A stretch of 64,000 nt of DNA from Octopus sinensis (Eukaryota): the NCBI RefSeq assembly GCF_006345805.1, contig NC_043001.1, positions 5,456,001-5,520,000 on the forward strand, written 5' to 3'. Below are positions 12,420 through 25,159 of this stretch, one piece after another. The notes below the pieces were generated by a model. That model did not search any database. It had not been told where the DNA came from and saw only the letters and a program-made list of their open reading frames with translations. A program made the translations under genes and the position numbers. How positions within the stretch are numbered: the first letter of the stretch is position 1; each line of letters opens with the position of its first letter.

Positions 12420-13312
12420 ATTTATTGATTTTTCCAGTTTCAGCTTATGAGCTGTGGCCATGCTGGGGCACCGCCATTTGGTGTTGCTACTTGGTTTCAC
12501 TTCATGGAGGCTTTCTAGCAACTGCTATTTGGTGCATGAGAGAGTTCGATGCAGCTGCCCTCATCTGCCCCTCCTGCGTGAAGTTGGTTCATCTGGGACA
12601 ACTGACAGGAAGAGATCCAGCTCCATTTTAAAGACATCTGTATCCACCCCATGCAGGTCTCTCAGGTTCATCGGGAGGATATTGAAGAGCTGTGGGCCTC
12701 GGAAGCCAGGCTATCACCGAATCTTGTCCTACATCTTGATGGCAAGTTTGGAGTCCTAGGCACCACGCAGTGGCGCCCAGTTCTGGCGTTTGCGTAACTC
12801 TCGATGCCAAAGTTCAGGACACTTCCCTCCAGGATCTTCCAGATGTATATTATGGCATATCTTTCCCGCCTACGCTCCAGGGAATATAATTTTAATCTCT
12901 TGAGTCTTTCCCAGTAGCTTACTTCTGCATAGGGCTATCTTCTTCGTGTAGCTTCGTTGGATCGCCTCAAGTTCTGTGATCAACTTGACACTGGATGGTG
13001 ACCATAGCTGAGAGCAATAGTCAAAGTGACTTAGGACAAGTGTCTTCCAGAGGACCATCATGGTTTCTTGTTCTCTTGTTCTAAAGGTTCTAAGAATCCA
13101 TCCAGCCAGCCATCTGCATTTCACTGTCAGTTTAGCAACATGTACATGAAGGTCGCGTCATCACTCATGTGAATACCCAGGTCACGCACTGATTGTGCCT
13201 CTGGGATTGCAATCCCTCCGGGTCCAGTGTATTCCTTGGGTATTGCATTCAGTTTTGACATGAGATAGTATAAAGCTTGAAACTTTTCAGCATTGAACTG
13301 CATGCTATTCTT
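12420..13312 (-). mobile_element. CR1-group LINE 3' end (5'-truncated, C-terminus of RT plus 3' UTR)
   Basis: Minus-strand translation across frameshifts: MQFNAEKFQAL, VRDLGIHMSDD, LWKTLVLSHFDYCSQLWSP, LEAIQRSYTKKI, GPQLFNILPMNLRDL, VFKMELDLFLSVVPDEP. The tail ends in aatcaata repeats. Confidence 0.9.
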
Positions 13313-13325
13313 TTATATATGCTAT

Positions 13326-13357
<32 letters not shown>

Positions 13358-14199
13358 TTACACATATATATACATATATATATATATATATATTTGTGCA
13401 TATGCGTTTGTGTGTATGGTTATGTATGACAAAGACGTAATTGTACACACGTACGGAAAACATGCAAGAAAGCATGCACACACAAAGACACACATACACA
13501 CACATATGTATGTTCTTATATATTCATATTTGTGAGTGCGTATATTTGTGCTCGTTTGTGTGTGTATTTGCGTGTGTGTTTGTGTAAAAAGCTAGGGAGC
13601 TAGGAGGGGACATAGATCTTGGTATTCTAATTTCAACGTTGCTATAGAAACTCAATAATGACTCTGAATCAAAGAGCAAACACTTAAATCTCCAGCGTTG
13701 AAACCATAGAATAAGCATATGGAGCCTTGCTTCAGCGAATAGATCAAAAATAAGTAAAACATATCTCCTATATATGAAAGAAAACCTCATAGAGAAGCAG
13801 AAAATACAGTTATGAGTCAAGTAAGTAGTGTGTTTATATATATACATACATAGATACATTTATCTATATATGTATGTATATATGCATATGTGTCTGCTTG
13901 TTTGTATGGTATATAATATATATATATGTATGGATGGATGTATATAAATGTAAATCTCCCCCCCCCGCGCAGTAAGTATTTTTTTGCAGGATAAATATTT
14001 AAAAGATGTTTCCAGCTCGAAACACCCATTCAACTAGAAACGTACGTTCTTCAATGGTTAGCATGTCGACACGCTGAAATGGTACACAATAACCGAGGGA
14101 CAATAACTGACACTCGGCCGCCCACGAAGTGATAGCTAATCTGCGCATGCGTAGGATGAAAAACATATTAACTGCGGAGAGACTTTCGGAACGAGGTTC

Positions 14200-14333
14200 C
14201 AAGCTGATACGCTCAACGGAACAGGTTACTCGTGAAATAAACTGTGTTGCTCAGGGGCACTAGGCATCGCCGCGAATTGAACTCACAACCTTTCAATCGT
14301 GAGTCGAATGCCCAAACCACGAAGCCACGCGGC
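14200..14333 (-). mobile_element. tRNA-derived SINE, family B, 5' part
   Basis: Reverse complement gtggcttcgtggtttggg...gagttcaattc has A-box and B-box-like motifs, followed by a cctgagcaa core and ttcacgagtaacctgttcc, shared with 60555-60905. Confidence 0.65.
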
Positions 14334-14349
14334 GGAATATTATCAGTCA

Positions 14350-14466
14350 TCAGGTCGCGGTCTCAAAGACAGGAACATGTTTTGGCAAATAAAACTCAGA
14401 TGTTGAAGTGAATCTAACGGTTAATTGTGTTATAAACACTTTTCACGCCCAGGCTGCAATTGTTTT
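14350..14466. mobile_element. Partial copy (right half) of the MITE at 61244-61456
   Basis: Shares tcaggtcgcggtctcaaag...gaagtgaa...ttataaacac...gctgcaattgtt with 61338-61456. Confidence 0.75.
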
Positions 14467-14504
14467 TGTTTCACCACACGAACTCAGATCAGGTCACTAA
14501 CTAT

Positions 14505-14739
14505 ATATATATGGAGTATGTATGTATGTATATAATATATATAATATATAGATATATAATATATATATATATATATTATAATCCTATGCATACATAACAT
14601 ATTATATAATATAATATACATATATATAACATATATGTATATATATATAATATATACATACATATATATATACATATATATACATATATATATATATATA
14701 TAATATATATATATAATATATATATTATATATATATACA

Positions 14740-14784
<45 letters not shown>

Positions 14785-15385
14785 TAAGAGCCAAACACAT
14801 TTATATAGGTGGATGTGTGCGTTTAAATCTACGATTAAGAATGTGTGTATACATTGACACGTGTCATATACGGTTTATGTCTGCATGTGTATCTAAGTGT
14901 GGGTCTCATTGTAAACGGAAAAATTGGTGTGATGTTACTAATTCTGAGTCAGAAAATGCTAATAGCAAAATAAACAAAAAGTACTTTCTTCTATTTCAAC
15001 TTTGTAAAATATAGAAAAAAATATGTCATAGCATTACCTTATTATATTACTACGGCACATATCTCGGTCTTTCATACGGGAGGTAATGTTGTAGCAAGGA
15101 AATTGATGGTGACATCCTTTTCAAGTTGGCTGAAATATTAATAATAATCTAAAGGAAAACACAGCTGAAGAGAGGTGGAGCAGATGTGACGGCGAAGCAG
15201 CTAAAATTAAAGATATACAGCCACACCTTTCAGCATAGATATTACTCTCACAGGAACAGATACAAAGAGACACTCGCGTATGCGCAGACGCAAACGCCGA
15301 TGCGCAGACGCAAACGCCGATGCGCAGTTCGAAATTTACGTTTGGACACAAATGTTTATGCATGCTTATATATATATTTAAACAC

Positions 15386-15426
<41 letters not shown>

Positions 15427-15659
15427 CATATCTATACATATATATATATATATATAGATACATACATATCTAAGCATATATATGCATAAACACTCGTTTA
15501 TATATACACATATATACATATATATATGTACATATATACGTATGTATATATGTATATACATACAATATATATATTTATATGGTATATATGTGTATATATT
15601 ATATATATTATATTATAATATATATACATATATTCATTATATACATACATATATATATA

Positions 15660-15704
<45 letters not shown>

Positions 15705-15735
15705 TACATATATTCATTATATATACATACATATA

Positions 15736-15779
<44 letters not shown>

Positions 15780-15880
15780 GTTATATATACATATATATAT
15801 ATATATATCTATATATTATATATTATATATATATATTATATACTTATATATGCCAAATATATATATGCTTATGTGCATAT
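14505..15880. repeat. Large (TA)n-based compound microsatellite blocks (14505-14785, 15400-15880)
   Basis: Representative of more than 20 similar tracts, e.g. 1537-1607, 11530-11770, 21415-21662, 27130-27412, 29295-29475, 35655-35900, 48045-48175, 55350-55720, 59700-60160. Confidence 0.95.
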
Positions 15881-16499
15881 GTATTGTTGTAGGTATATGC
15901 GTGTTCGTGTGTGTGGAATATGGACGTGGATGCGCATGTTTGTGTAAAGGTCTATAAAATAAAATGATATGAAGAAAATGTAAGGGGACGGAGTTGACGT
16001 GGTGTGGGATAATAAGAGCATTTGGAGATAAAATAATGCCTCGGTGCTTTGATTCGCAGCCTGTGAAATAGAAATACTCCAGCGCAAAGTAAACCATGAA
16101 CCGTATAATAGTAGCACAGTAAAACAACACCTACCTCTGTGTGTTGATGTGTGTGTATACGATAATGTTGCGTAGTATGATATATTTAATCGACTATTAT
16201 ACAATATCTGTCCACAGGAAAATGCTACCACGTGATGCCAGGAAGAACATTTAAAGAATCTCGTACAACGTGTAGAATCATTTAAGTTGAAACGCATCCA
16301 GGAATGGCAGTAAGTTAGGTCAATTCGATGCCTGGTTAAGTTAATGGAACTACATAGAAACCATTTCTTGCTGCTTTCACTCAATGTTTGATATTAAAAA
16401 ATATACATCACCGTAATTGACTCTATCAATATAATATATACATATGATATATATTGTCCCCTGCCTTCCAATATTTTGCTCATTGATTTATCCCATATT

Positions 16500-16704
16500 T
16501 TTTCTACTCTAGTCATAAGGCCTGAAAGTTTGCGGAAAGAGGCCTGTCGATTGGATCGACCCTAGTACGCAAATGTTACGCAATTTACCACTACGGAAAG
16601 GGAAAGTCGACCAAGGCGTAATTTGAACTCAGCATTTAAACACAGACGAAATAACGCTAATCATTTCGCCCGGCGTGCTAACGTTTCTGCTATCTCGCCG
16701 CCTT
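16500..16704 (-). mobile_element. tRNA-derived SINE, family C, degenerate
   Basis: Reverse complement begins aaggcggcgagatagcagaaacgttagcacgccgggcgaaat, matching the 44535 copy. Confidence 0.75.
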
Positions 16705-16734
16705 AGATTTAGTTGTAGTTTGTGGGCATATAAT

Positions 16735-17750
16735 AGTGTGTTTTAAACTTCTCATTATTAGAACGAGTTTTATATTGATTAGTCCACGTATTTAACATTG
16801 CTTTCAGGTCGCTTTGCATTTGTTGTATGTCATCAGAGTTGTTAACGACTTGTGAAGCATTTTAATCATCACCCCAGGCCGTGAGATTGACTGACTGTAC
16901 GACTGAGGGCATGTCTGTGAGAAAACCACAAATAGTAATCTTTACAGTATAGTGCCTTGAGGGAGTACGGTGAGGGACTACTTCTTCCCAAAGAGAGTAG
17001 CATTAGCTGCAATCATGCTTAGCATTTTAGAAAGTCATACAGCCACTCTCATGTTGTTCCTAGCGATTCCAAGGAAACTCAGTTCGTGAAATTTCAGACC
17101 TTGAGGAAAAATGCCACAGTCCTTGGCAAAGTTTAGATATATTACGTCCACATTTGAGTGGTTGAAGCACTGGTCCAGTATCTAGTCGTAATGCTGTAGT
17201 AGCTGTGTGATCTATCCTCGCCCTAAACTGACGACATGTGTGAGAGCAAGATGTTTTCTTTCAGGAACGGGACCAGGCTAATTCTGACAATGCGTTCCAT
17301 TGCTTGAAACAGTTGGTATCGATGGGCCTGCAAGTGTTAACACCTGTTCTAGTTGGAGGTGTTAGATGTAGTTGGATCTATTCTGAGATCATTAAGGACA
17401 AGGAAAGGAAACCATGCAACTCATATGGGGTTGTATTGTAACGTTTGGAGGACAGCCCCCGACTGTGGTCACCGCAGAGCGTCCATTTCATAGCATACCT
17501 CGAGGCCAACCGGCTCGTATGATGCTTTCTTTTTACCATTTTGGGACATTTATCATTTGCAAGGAAACTGCGAAATGTTACCGCAACTTTAATCGTAGAG
17601 TTGTCATGTCTGTAAAATAACTGCCGGAGATCCGTGTACACCCTACGCTGAGTTCATGCTCATCTCATCAATAGCCGACTATTTCTTCTCTCACCAACAG
17701 TCGTCTCTTTTCGCTCTCATCAATGGCTGATGCTTTCCTTCCTGACTCTT
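16735..17750 (-). mobile_element. Old CR1-group LINE reverse-transcriptase fragment
   Basis: Minus-strand translation with stops and frameshifts: MERIVRISLVPFLKENILL, LDQCFNHSNVDVIYLNFAK, PQGTIL, DMPSVVQ, GDD (YADD position), DIQQMQSDLK. Confidence 0.8.
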
Positions 17751-18964
17751 TCCCATTTGCATTTGTAGCGTTGAAGAAATCATCAGGCTTACTTTACTGC
17801 GTATTTATCTCTTTGGTTCCACATTTTTGGTACAAAGTTAAGTTACAAATCAATCAGTAATATTCTAAATAATAATTAACGATTTCATGACGTCGTCATT
17901 TATTTAGTATCCTCCAGATGTGTTTAGAAATAATTTTAATGATTTAAACATAATTTAATATAACAGTATAAAATGTGTACCAACTTCATATCGTAGTTAA
18001 TCATTCACCGAAGAAACCGTTTATTTTCTTGCCCATAATTTTTAGCTGTATTCTACGTAACTGTTGTTTCTCTTTCTTTTTTCCGTCTTTCTTTCTCTCT
18101 TCTTTTCATTCTTTCTTTCTCTCCCTCTCTCTGTGTCTTGTTCTTTCTATCCCTCTCTGTCTTGTTCTCCCCCTCTCTCTCTCTCTCTCTCTCTCGTTCT
18201 CTCTCTCTCTCTTCGTTGATGTCGTATCTTCATAATGTGGCAATTCGTACAGAATGTCCAAATTGATATGTTAAAATATCCAAACATTTTACAGACAAAA
18301 GCAATATAATCACATAAATAGCGTAATAAAGATCCCAGAAGATATGGTAAATTCCAGAGAAAGTTAAAGTATTAGAGATTCTATGGTTGATAACCTCCAT
18401 TAAATCAAACAGATATTTTTGTATAATTTCAATAAAGTATTCACATTATAAAATGTAATCAAGATTCATTTTAAATTTGAAAAGCTCTTCAAAAAGAATT
18501 TAGATTGCAACACAAACACTGCTATTATTGGTTTTCACCGAGTTTAAATAATAAAAAAAAAGATTCCTTTTACAATTTTCAAGAATGTTTATATCATTTA
18601 ACATTTTTCTTCTTCAAAATTATTTAATTTTATATTTACAATATTATTTAGTATTTCAGTTGTATTACTCTTTTTGAAATATTTGATTGACAGTCACCAA
18701 AATTTTGAATTTAAAGACAGTTTTGGAAGTCTAAGATGAATATCTCATGGTTTGATTTCATTCGTCAGTATTAATGGCAAGTATTTCTTTGAATAATTCA
18801 ACTATTGCAACTGAAATATTCAAAATGTTGCTAAAAGTAAAATGTTTTCCTATGATTAAATTTCTGTAAAATTACAAATACATGTGAATAGGAATTAATT
18901 GAGAAAGTTTACATATATAAATATACATGTGCGTTCGTATAGGTAAATATATATATAAGAATAT

Positions 18965-19311
18965 GTTAGTTAGTTAGTTAGTTAATGTTAGTTAGTTAAT
19001 TTTTGGCTCAAAAAGCAAAAAGCAAGGCCATGCAGGGGGACATGGAGTTATGTACAGGGTGGTGTTCATGTAAAGAGTTCAGGCCACTTGAGGTCAAGGG
19101 AGACTTTGAACAAAGCGGTCGTCGGCATCTTCACCATCTCGTCTGGCAACTTGTTCCATGGATCCGCAACCCGGACGGAGAAAGCCCCTTCTCCTTCGAT
19201 TGAGATGAAATCGTCGCAGATAGAGCTTTTCGGAATGAACCCGCAGCCGACGCTCTGGAGCAGGAGTGAAGAACAGCTCTTTCGAGAGGTTACACTTTCC
19301 GCTTATGATGT
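18965..19311 (-). mobile_element. CR1-like LINE 3' end with (TAAC)n tail, copy 1
   Basis: Translation FSVRVADPWNKLPDEMVKMPTTALFKVSLDLKWPELFT*; highly similar to 28767-29275 and 30334-30713. Confidence 0.9.
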
Positions 19312-19319
19312 ATTACTGT

Positions 19320-19480
19320 TGATAATAACATCGAAAAATACCTTAGGAATGAGAACCCAGGTTTGCAATTTCCCCAAGACACTTGATGAAGGCTGGAGAG
19401 TATATCAGTCGAAACGTTGTGTTAACAACAAACAAGATGAGGACAAATATCCGTCAAATGTAAATAATGTAAATAATGTA
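19320..19480 (+). mobile_element. 3' part of the tRNA-headed element with a hammerhead-like motif (family H2)
   Basis: TTGATGA-A-GGCTG(gagagtatat)CAGTC-GAAA-CG...CGTC; same family as 38190-38350 and 38401-38605. Confidence 0.6.
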
Positions 19481-19499
19481 TGTATTACTGTCGTTGCTG

Positions 19500-19500
19500 A

Positions 19501-19545
<45 letters not shown>

Positions 19546-19558
19546 CATTATTATTGTT

Positions 19559-19618
<60 letters not shown>

Positions 19619-19802
19619 TTATGTTGAACGTTTGCTATACATTTGTACAAGTTGGCTCCAAGTCTCATCCAGGGACCTCAAGAGACAACAGATTAGAAGT
19701 TCAGGCTGGTGTTATACCTAGGATGTCATATATTTAGTTTTGCACCTAGTGTTGTTCCAGAAATTAAGAAAATTATCTGTTTTAAAATTTGATATTATAT
19801 AG

Positions 19803-19878
<76 letters not shown>

Positions 19879-19990
19879 TACTATTATTATTATTATTATT
19901 ATTATATTATTATTATTTTCATTATTAGCAATATTATTATTATTATCGATATTATTATTATTATTATTATTGTTATTACTGTTGTTGCTG
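19500..19990. repeat. (TAT)n/(AAT)n microsatellite arrays (19500-19618 and 19800-19990) with a LINE 3' end between them
   Basis: Seen directly in sequence. Confidence 0.95.
19618..19790 (-). mobile_element. Probable 3' end of an R4/Dong-like LINE abutting (AAT)n
   Basis: Non-repetitive segment whose minus-strand 3' end runs straight into the (AAT)n array. Family assignment rests on resemblance only. Confidence 0.45.
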
Positions 19991-20044
19991 TTGTTTTTCT
20001 TGTTGTTTTTGTTGTCGTTACGTTTTATGAATTTAAGCATAGAG

Positions 20045-20712
20045 GCCCTGCAACCTGCCTCCTACGGTACAATGCTATCCATTATTTTCAGCTATATATT
20101 ACTTTTCTGAATATTCTCCTCGTGCCAAAGAGGCAAACCAGCAACAGTTCTACAGGGCACTCTATTCCAGTTTCTTTTATATTCCACTTGATGCCGTCTA
20201 ATACTCTTCGAAAGGACCCAACAATACTTGGCACCGTCTTCACCTTCTTCATTTTCCATAGCTGGGTTACTTCGTACTTATGAGGGTGGTATTTATCTAT
20301 CTTTTCGCCTTCCTTCTTGGGTCAAATGAGCATTCAGCATCAACTATATAGCATATGTAGTGCACCTTGTCCACCACCAACAGGTCCGGTCTGATATGTT
20401 CTACCACCGGATCTGTTTGAATTGGGAAATTCCAGAGGATTTTGATTGGATCCGACTCCATCACTCTGCGGTTTCTGCTCATACCATGTCTTCTCTCTCC
20501 CTAGTCTCCCGTTTTCACAGAGTTTCCACTGTAACAATTTCGCTAACTGATCGTATCACCACAGCTTGTAGCGGTTTGGGACAAGTCTAGGGCATTCGTT
20601 CGTGATATGGTCAGATGAAGCACTGTGGAGACATTTGCCCATTATTAAGGTTGACACTCCAGTTCTTGGCCAGTGCTTGGTTCTGCACTGCCAGTATAGT
20701 TGCCTCATCTAC
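20045..20712 (-). mobile_element. R4/Dong-clade non-LTR retrotransposon C-terminus (zinc knuckle remnant and restriction-like endonuclease)
   Basis: Minus-strand motifs EATILAVQNQAL, LQWKLCE, TWYEQKPQ, ILWNFPIQTD..EHIRPDLLVVDK..CYIVDAEC (PD-D/E-K RLE) and KIDKYHP. Many stops and frameshifts. Confidence 0.85.
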
Positions 20713-21507
20713 ATTTTTCCTAGGATATAACTCAAAGTCGCTATCCTCATCGTCCACCACGGCCTGAACTTGGTTCTCGATCCTGGTGCACGCCTTCCTC
20801 GCCTAATGCCTGGTAAAAAATCAGCAAACTCTTCCTTTATCTTGACCTTTACGTTATATGTGACAGTTTGGTGCCCCTCACACATAGCTATCCATAGAAT
20901 TATAAATGGAATTAGTCGGCAGAATCTGTTGTTGGTGTTGTAGAAATTCTCCGATACCAAATTCTGACATTATTCAGAGATTTAGCATACATCCTAATCC
21001 TGCTGCCACACTTATGATTTGGCAGCAGCAACCCATATAAGGCAGGTTTTGAATACATTCGAAATAGTTTCAAGTACCGGTATGAATTGTGCCTAATACT
21101 TTTTTCCAAAATGTGGTGATGACTTGTGTCATGCGGACTCATATAGAACACCTCAATTGGCCCTTCTTGCTGGTGACAACTTTGCAGTATCTCTTGCACT
21201 TTGTAATCCGTGTCACGTTTTACAGTTTTTTCCGTGTTCACAGAACATTGAGTAGCAGTCGTAATATCTGCATTTATATTTTCGGCACGAATCGCCATGA
21301 TACAGTTGACGCTTTCTAACAGCGTTAACTATTCACGAATACATATAAGAAGGTGTTGCTGAAAACATGGAACGATAAAATATTGCTAACTTTCCCCCGA
21401 ACACCCTCTATACATGCATACATACATACATGCATGCATGCATATATATATATTCATACGCATGCACTCACACACAAGTACACATGCATATATACATACA
21501 TACATAC

Positions 21508-21552
<45 letters not shown>

Positions 21553-21596
21553 ATATATATATACATACATACATACATACATGCATGCATGCATAT

Positions 21597-21668
<72 letters not shown>

Positions 21669-23103
21669 CAGATGTTATTTCACCACACAAACTATATATT
21701 TTTTAAATCCCCTAAAAGTATATGTTTTATAATGTCCACCACTCCAATATATCTTCAACGAACAATACTCTCCATAATATTATATTCCTTTGCATATCAA
21801 GACATTCATACTTTTTCCTATGCGCTGAAACCAGAAACTCCTCTAACTTAGCACAAACAAAATCTAATATATCAAAAATAAAAAAAAACAGTTTCCTCGA
21901 CATCAATGTCTATGTCGCCATCTTGTTTTTATTGAAATAGAGATGGCGTTTTTTTCCTGTTTGTATAAAACTGGTTGCTGCGATAGCTCTGGCACTCTGT
22001 GTAGTTTTGGTGGGTGAAAATGATTGAAAGCAGATTTATTAGATCACTGCTTTGCTGCAAAGTAATCTTCAAGTTGGTTTTGTGAATGTTTAAAATCTTA
22101 ATCAGTTCTCCCCCATGGAAATATCTCCATAGCAACAAGTTATATTAGACATGATCAAACAATATATACGTAGTGAGAAAATATATCAAAGATACAAATA
22201 ATGTACATACACACAAGTATTTATATACATATGCCTGTGTTTCTATACATATATACTAACGTGCGAACATGCTTATGAGAGTATGAGTGTATATATATAT
22301 ATATATTTGTGTGTGTGTGTCTCTGTGTGTTAGTAAAACATTGCACACGGCTGTCTATATTTATTATATGTTTATACATATATATATGTGTGTGTGTGTG
22401 TGCATGCATGCATATATACATAAGCATATACGTCTTCTCGGTAGACCAAGAACATTACTGATTATGCTAATAAGTCATCTCTTGGGAAATGTATAAGAGA
22501 TATTTCTCTATTCCTCTAACTTTTTAACCTCCTGTTCTGAATCAAAATTAAAAACGTATAGATATAGATATGGTGAGTCACATACACACACCCACATGCA
22601 TACATGCATTAAAAAAACAACCATTCGTTTATAAAGCAACAAACACAACTATGTACACAATACTAACATTCAATTCTCCATTATTGATTACTACTTTTAT
22701 TTTCCAATAATTTTAACAGGACCCTGAAATCTAACTTTAAAAAGCGATTGCCCTAAATTTTTGAAAGGCAGATCCTATATACTTCAACCTTTCCAGCATA
22801 TTCATAAAAGAAACTAACTTGTGTGCAACCAAAGAATAATGACCCATAAAATCTCTGGTGTGTTTTCGATTTTCTTGAATTATTAGAATGAGTGATACAC
22901 CAAGATGTCGAAAGATGTTACTCTACCAGAAATTGTATTAAACTCTTGGGAAATTCAGAAAAATCTTGGAACCAGTAGAGTGATTAGTGATTCTGTTTTT
23001 GAATGAAAATTGCCCCAGAAATTCTTGAGGTACCAGCTAATGTTAAAAAGGCGAGGCATTGAAGAGTGTTGAATCAAGTGGATTATATACCACTGAAATT
23101 TTA

Positions 23104-23700
23104 CAGGGTGAGGCACAAGTAGCCCGGGTTCCGTAGCATAGCGTAAATTTTGAAATAAATTTCCACAAACGAAATGCGTATTTCATAGTCTTTCGTTTGC
23201 AAGTGTCGTGTTTTTTCGACAGTTTGTAGCTGCTTGCGCATTAGACGACTTTATGCTACTTTATCACCGCATCCTACCCACATTAAATGATTCTGAGATT
23301 GCATTGCGTGAACATCTCTAGAATCTTCTGCATTATGATGTACTCAGTAGGAGAAAGAAAGGAGATTGTGGAAGCACGCATGAGAACGGGTTCTGTTAGG
23401 CAATTAAAGACACACCGACCGAGAAATAAATGGTGGCAAACAATTGGTACGCTCTGGTGTCAGTGCGCAAAGCTTCAAAACAAATGAATTTTTACAGTTT
23501 GAACGCCGGATGTTATTCAAGATATTTTCCAAAATATTACACTCGCTCCAAAGAATATTACACATAAATTGACTTAGCATTCTCAGATATGCAGGATTGT
23601 GTCAACAGATTTTGAAACGGTTCAAGTTGAATAATTTTGAAAATATTATATGATGGTGAATCCTTATCAGCTCTTGTAAACTTATTTCTCCATTTACGCA
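23104..23700 (+). mobile_element. Degenerate Tc1/mariner-superfamily element 5' end (rosa/maT-like)
   Basis: TA|CAGGGTGAGGCACAAGTAGCCCGG terminus at 23102-23130. Downstream MYSVGERKEIVEARMRTGSV resembles the transposase N-terminal HTH. The right TIR is not clearly found. Confidence 0.5.
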
Positions 23701-25159
23701 ATGCTGCATAACCCGACTACTTTTTTCGTGTGCCACACTTTCAGGTAGGTGTTTTGAGAACATTCTTTATGCTACTTAAAATCTTCATTTATACGACGTT
23801 TAACAAACCTCTCAAGATGGAAGAGAAAGCTTGCGTTCTACAACTACACAATAGGAAGTAGTATTTGTATTTTATATATTCAGCAATTCGGATCATATTT
23901 CACCTACAGAGTCTGACACGTGACAGAGAAAACGGAAATCGAGACAAGCATGCATCACCATTTGCAATCGCTTCCCTTCATACGATAGTTTATTCGTTCC
24001 CTTTTCGATATCATGGTCTTTTTATTAACTTACATCCTTTCCTTTCATTTACTTTTTCATCTCTTCACCGTAAATGTCTGCCTTATAAACCAAACTCATC
24101 ATATTTGTTTTGGTTGTTTTCAGGTTATGTCAGATGAAGAAACAATACACTTTAAAATACTGTATCACTTCTTCTCGATAGACTGGAATTGGAATTTCAG
24201 TGCATTAAATATAGACGCGTTTAGCCCCCACAATCACATTACATGACTCTGGGTTCTAAGTTTCTTTTCGGTATTTACACCTAGATTACAGTCACATTTT
24301 TCTGACATCACATATACATATTTAGTATCTGAATATCTGAGGTAATGTAGTATCGTAATATAAGTTGTTCTTGATACCAAACCGATATTGATACAGTTTA
24401 ATATCATATTGGTATCGATATTTTTCAAGGTGGAGGAACCAAGTAATTTAAGATCCTTGTATGATTTGCTGCAAAGATCTATTCCATTTGTTGATGAACT
24501 TTCATAGATATCTAATCTCGTCGTCAGGCCTACTTGCTTCGAGTTTTGTTATCCCAATCAAAACATGTCATTTAATACCTTGCGAAAAGTAGCGTAATGG
24601 AGAGTTAAAGCCAAAACAAAATGTGTAACTTCTACTTCAATATGACCAGACGCGCGGCGCTGCATTATATTCACTAATAAAACAGAAAAAGAGTTAATAA
24701 ATTATCATCAATAGAAACTTTTGGGTATTTCAATAAATTCTAAGAAAAACATAAATTCTTAACTAATTTAAATCACATTTATATTAATCCTGTGTACAAT
24801 GCTATAAGTTATTCAAATCTCTTAAATTCGCAGAATATATGAAAATGGGACAACTCAAATTCTAGCGACCCAAATCGATGTTATCCATGTTATCTTAATG
24901 CATAAATAACTTATTTTCAAGATCGGATGTGTAGTTACACGAAATTCCTTGTTTATGCGTGTTTCTCCATGTATTTGTTTCCATCTATAATTTTTCGAAT
25001 CCAGATATTTACTTTTACTTATATTACCGCCAATCTTTCATCACATTTGCTGACCAATGAGAAATATGTTTCCATCCGTTTCAAGCAACAAGTAACAAGG
25101 CTGAATAGAAATAAGTTAGGTGGCTACATTAAGGGCAAAAATTGCAGGGGCTGGGGTAG

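Noticed and set aside
24124-24340. Possible exon (ttgttttcag| ... gag|gtaatg)
   Set aside because: Stops in all frames, no homology, and unremarkable splice sites in AT-rich DNA.
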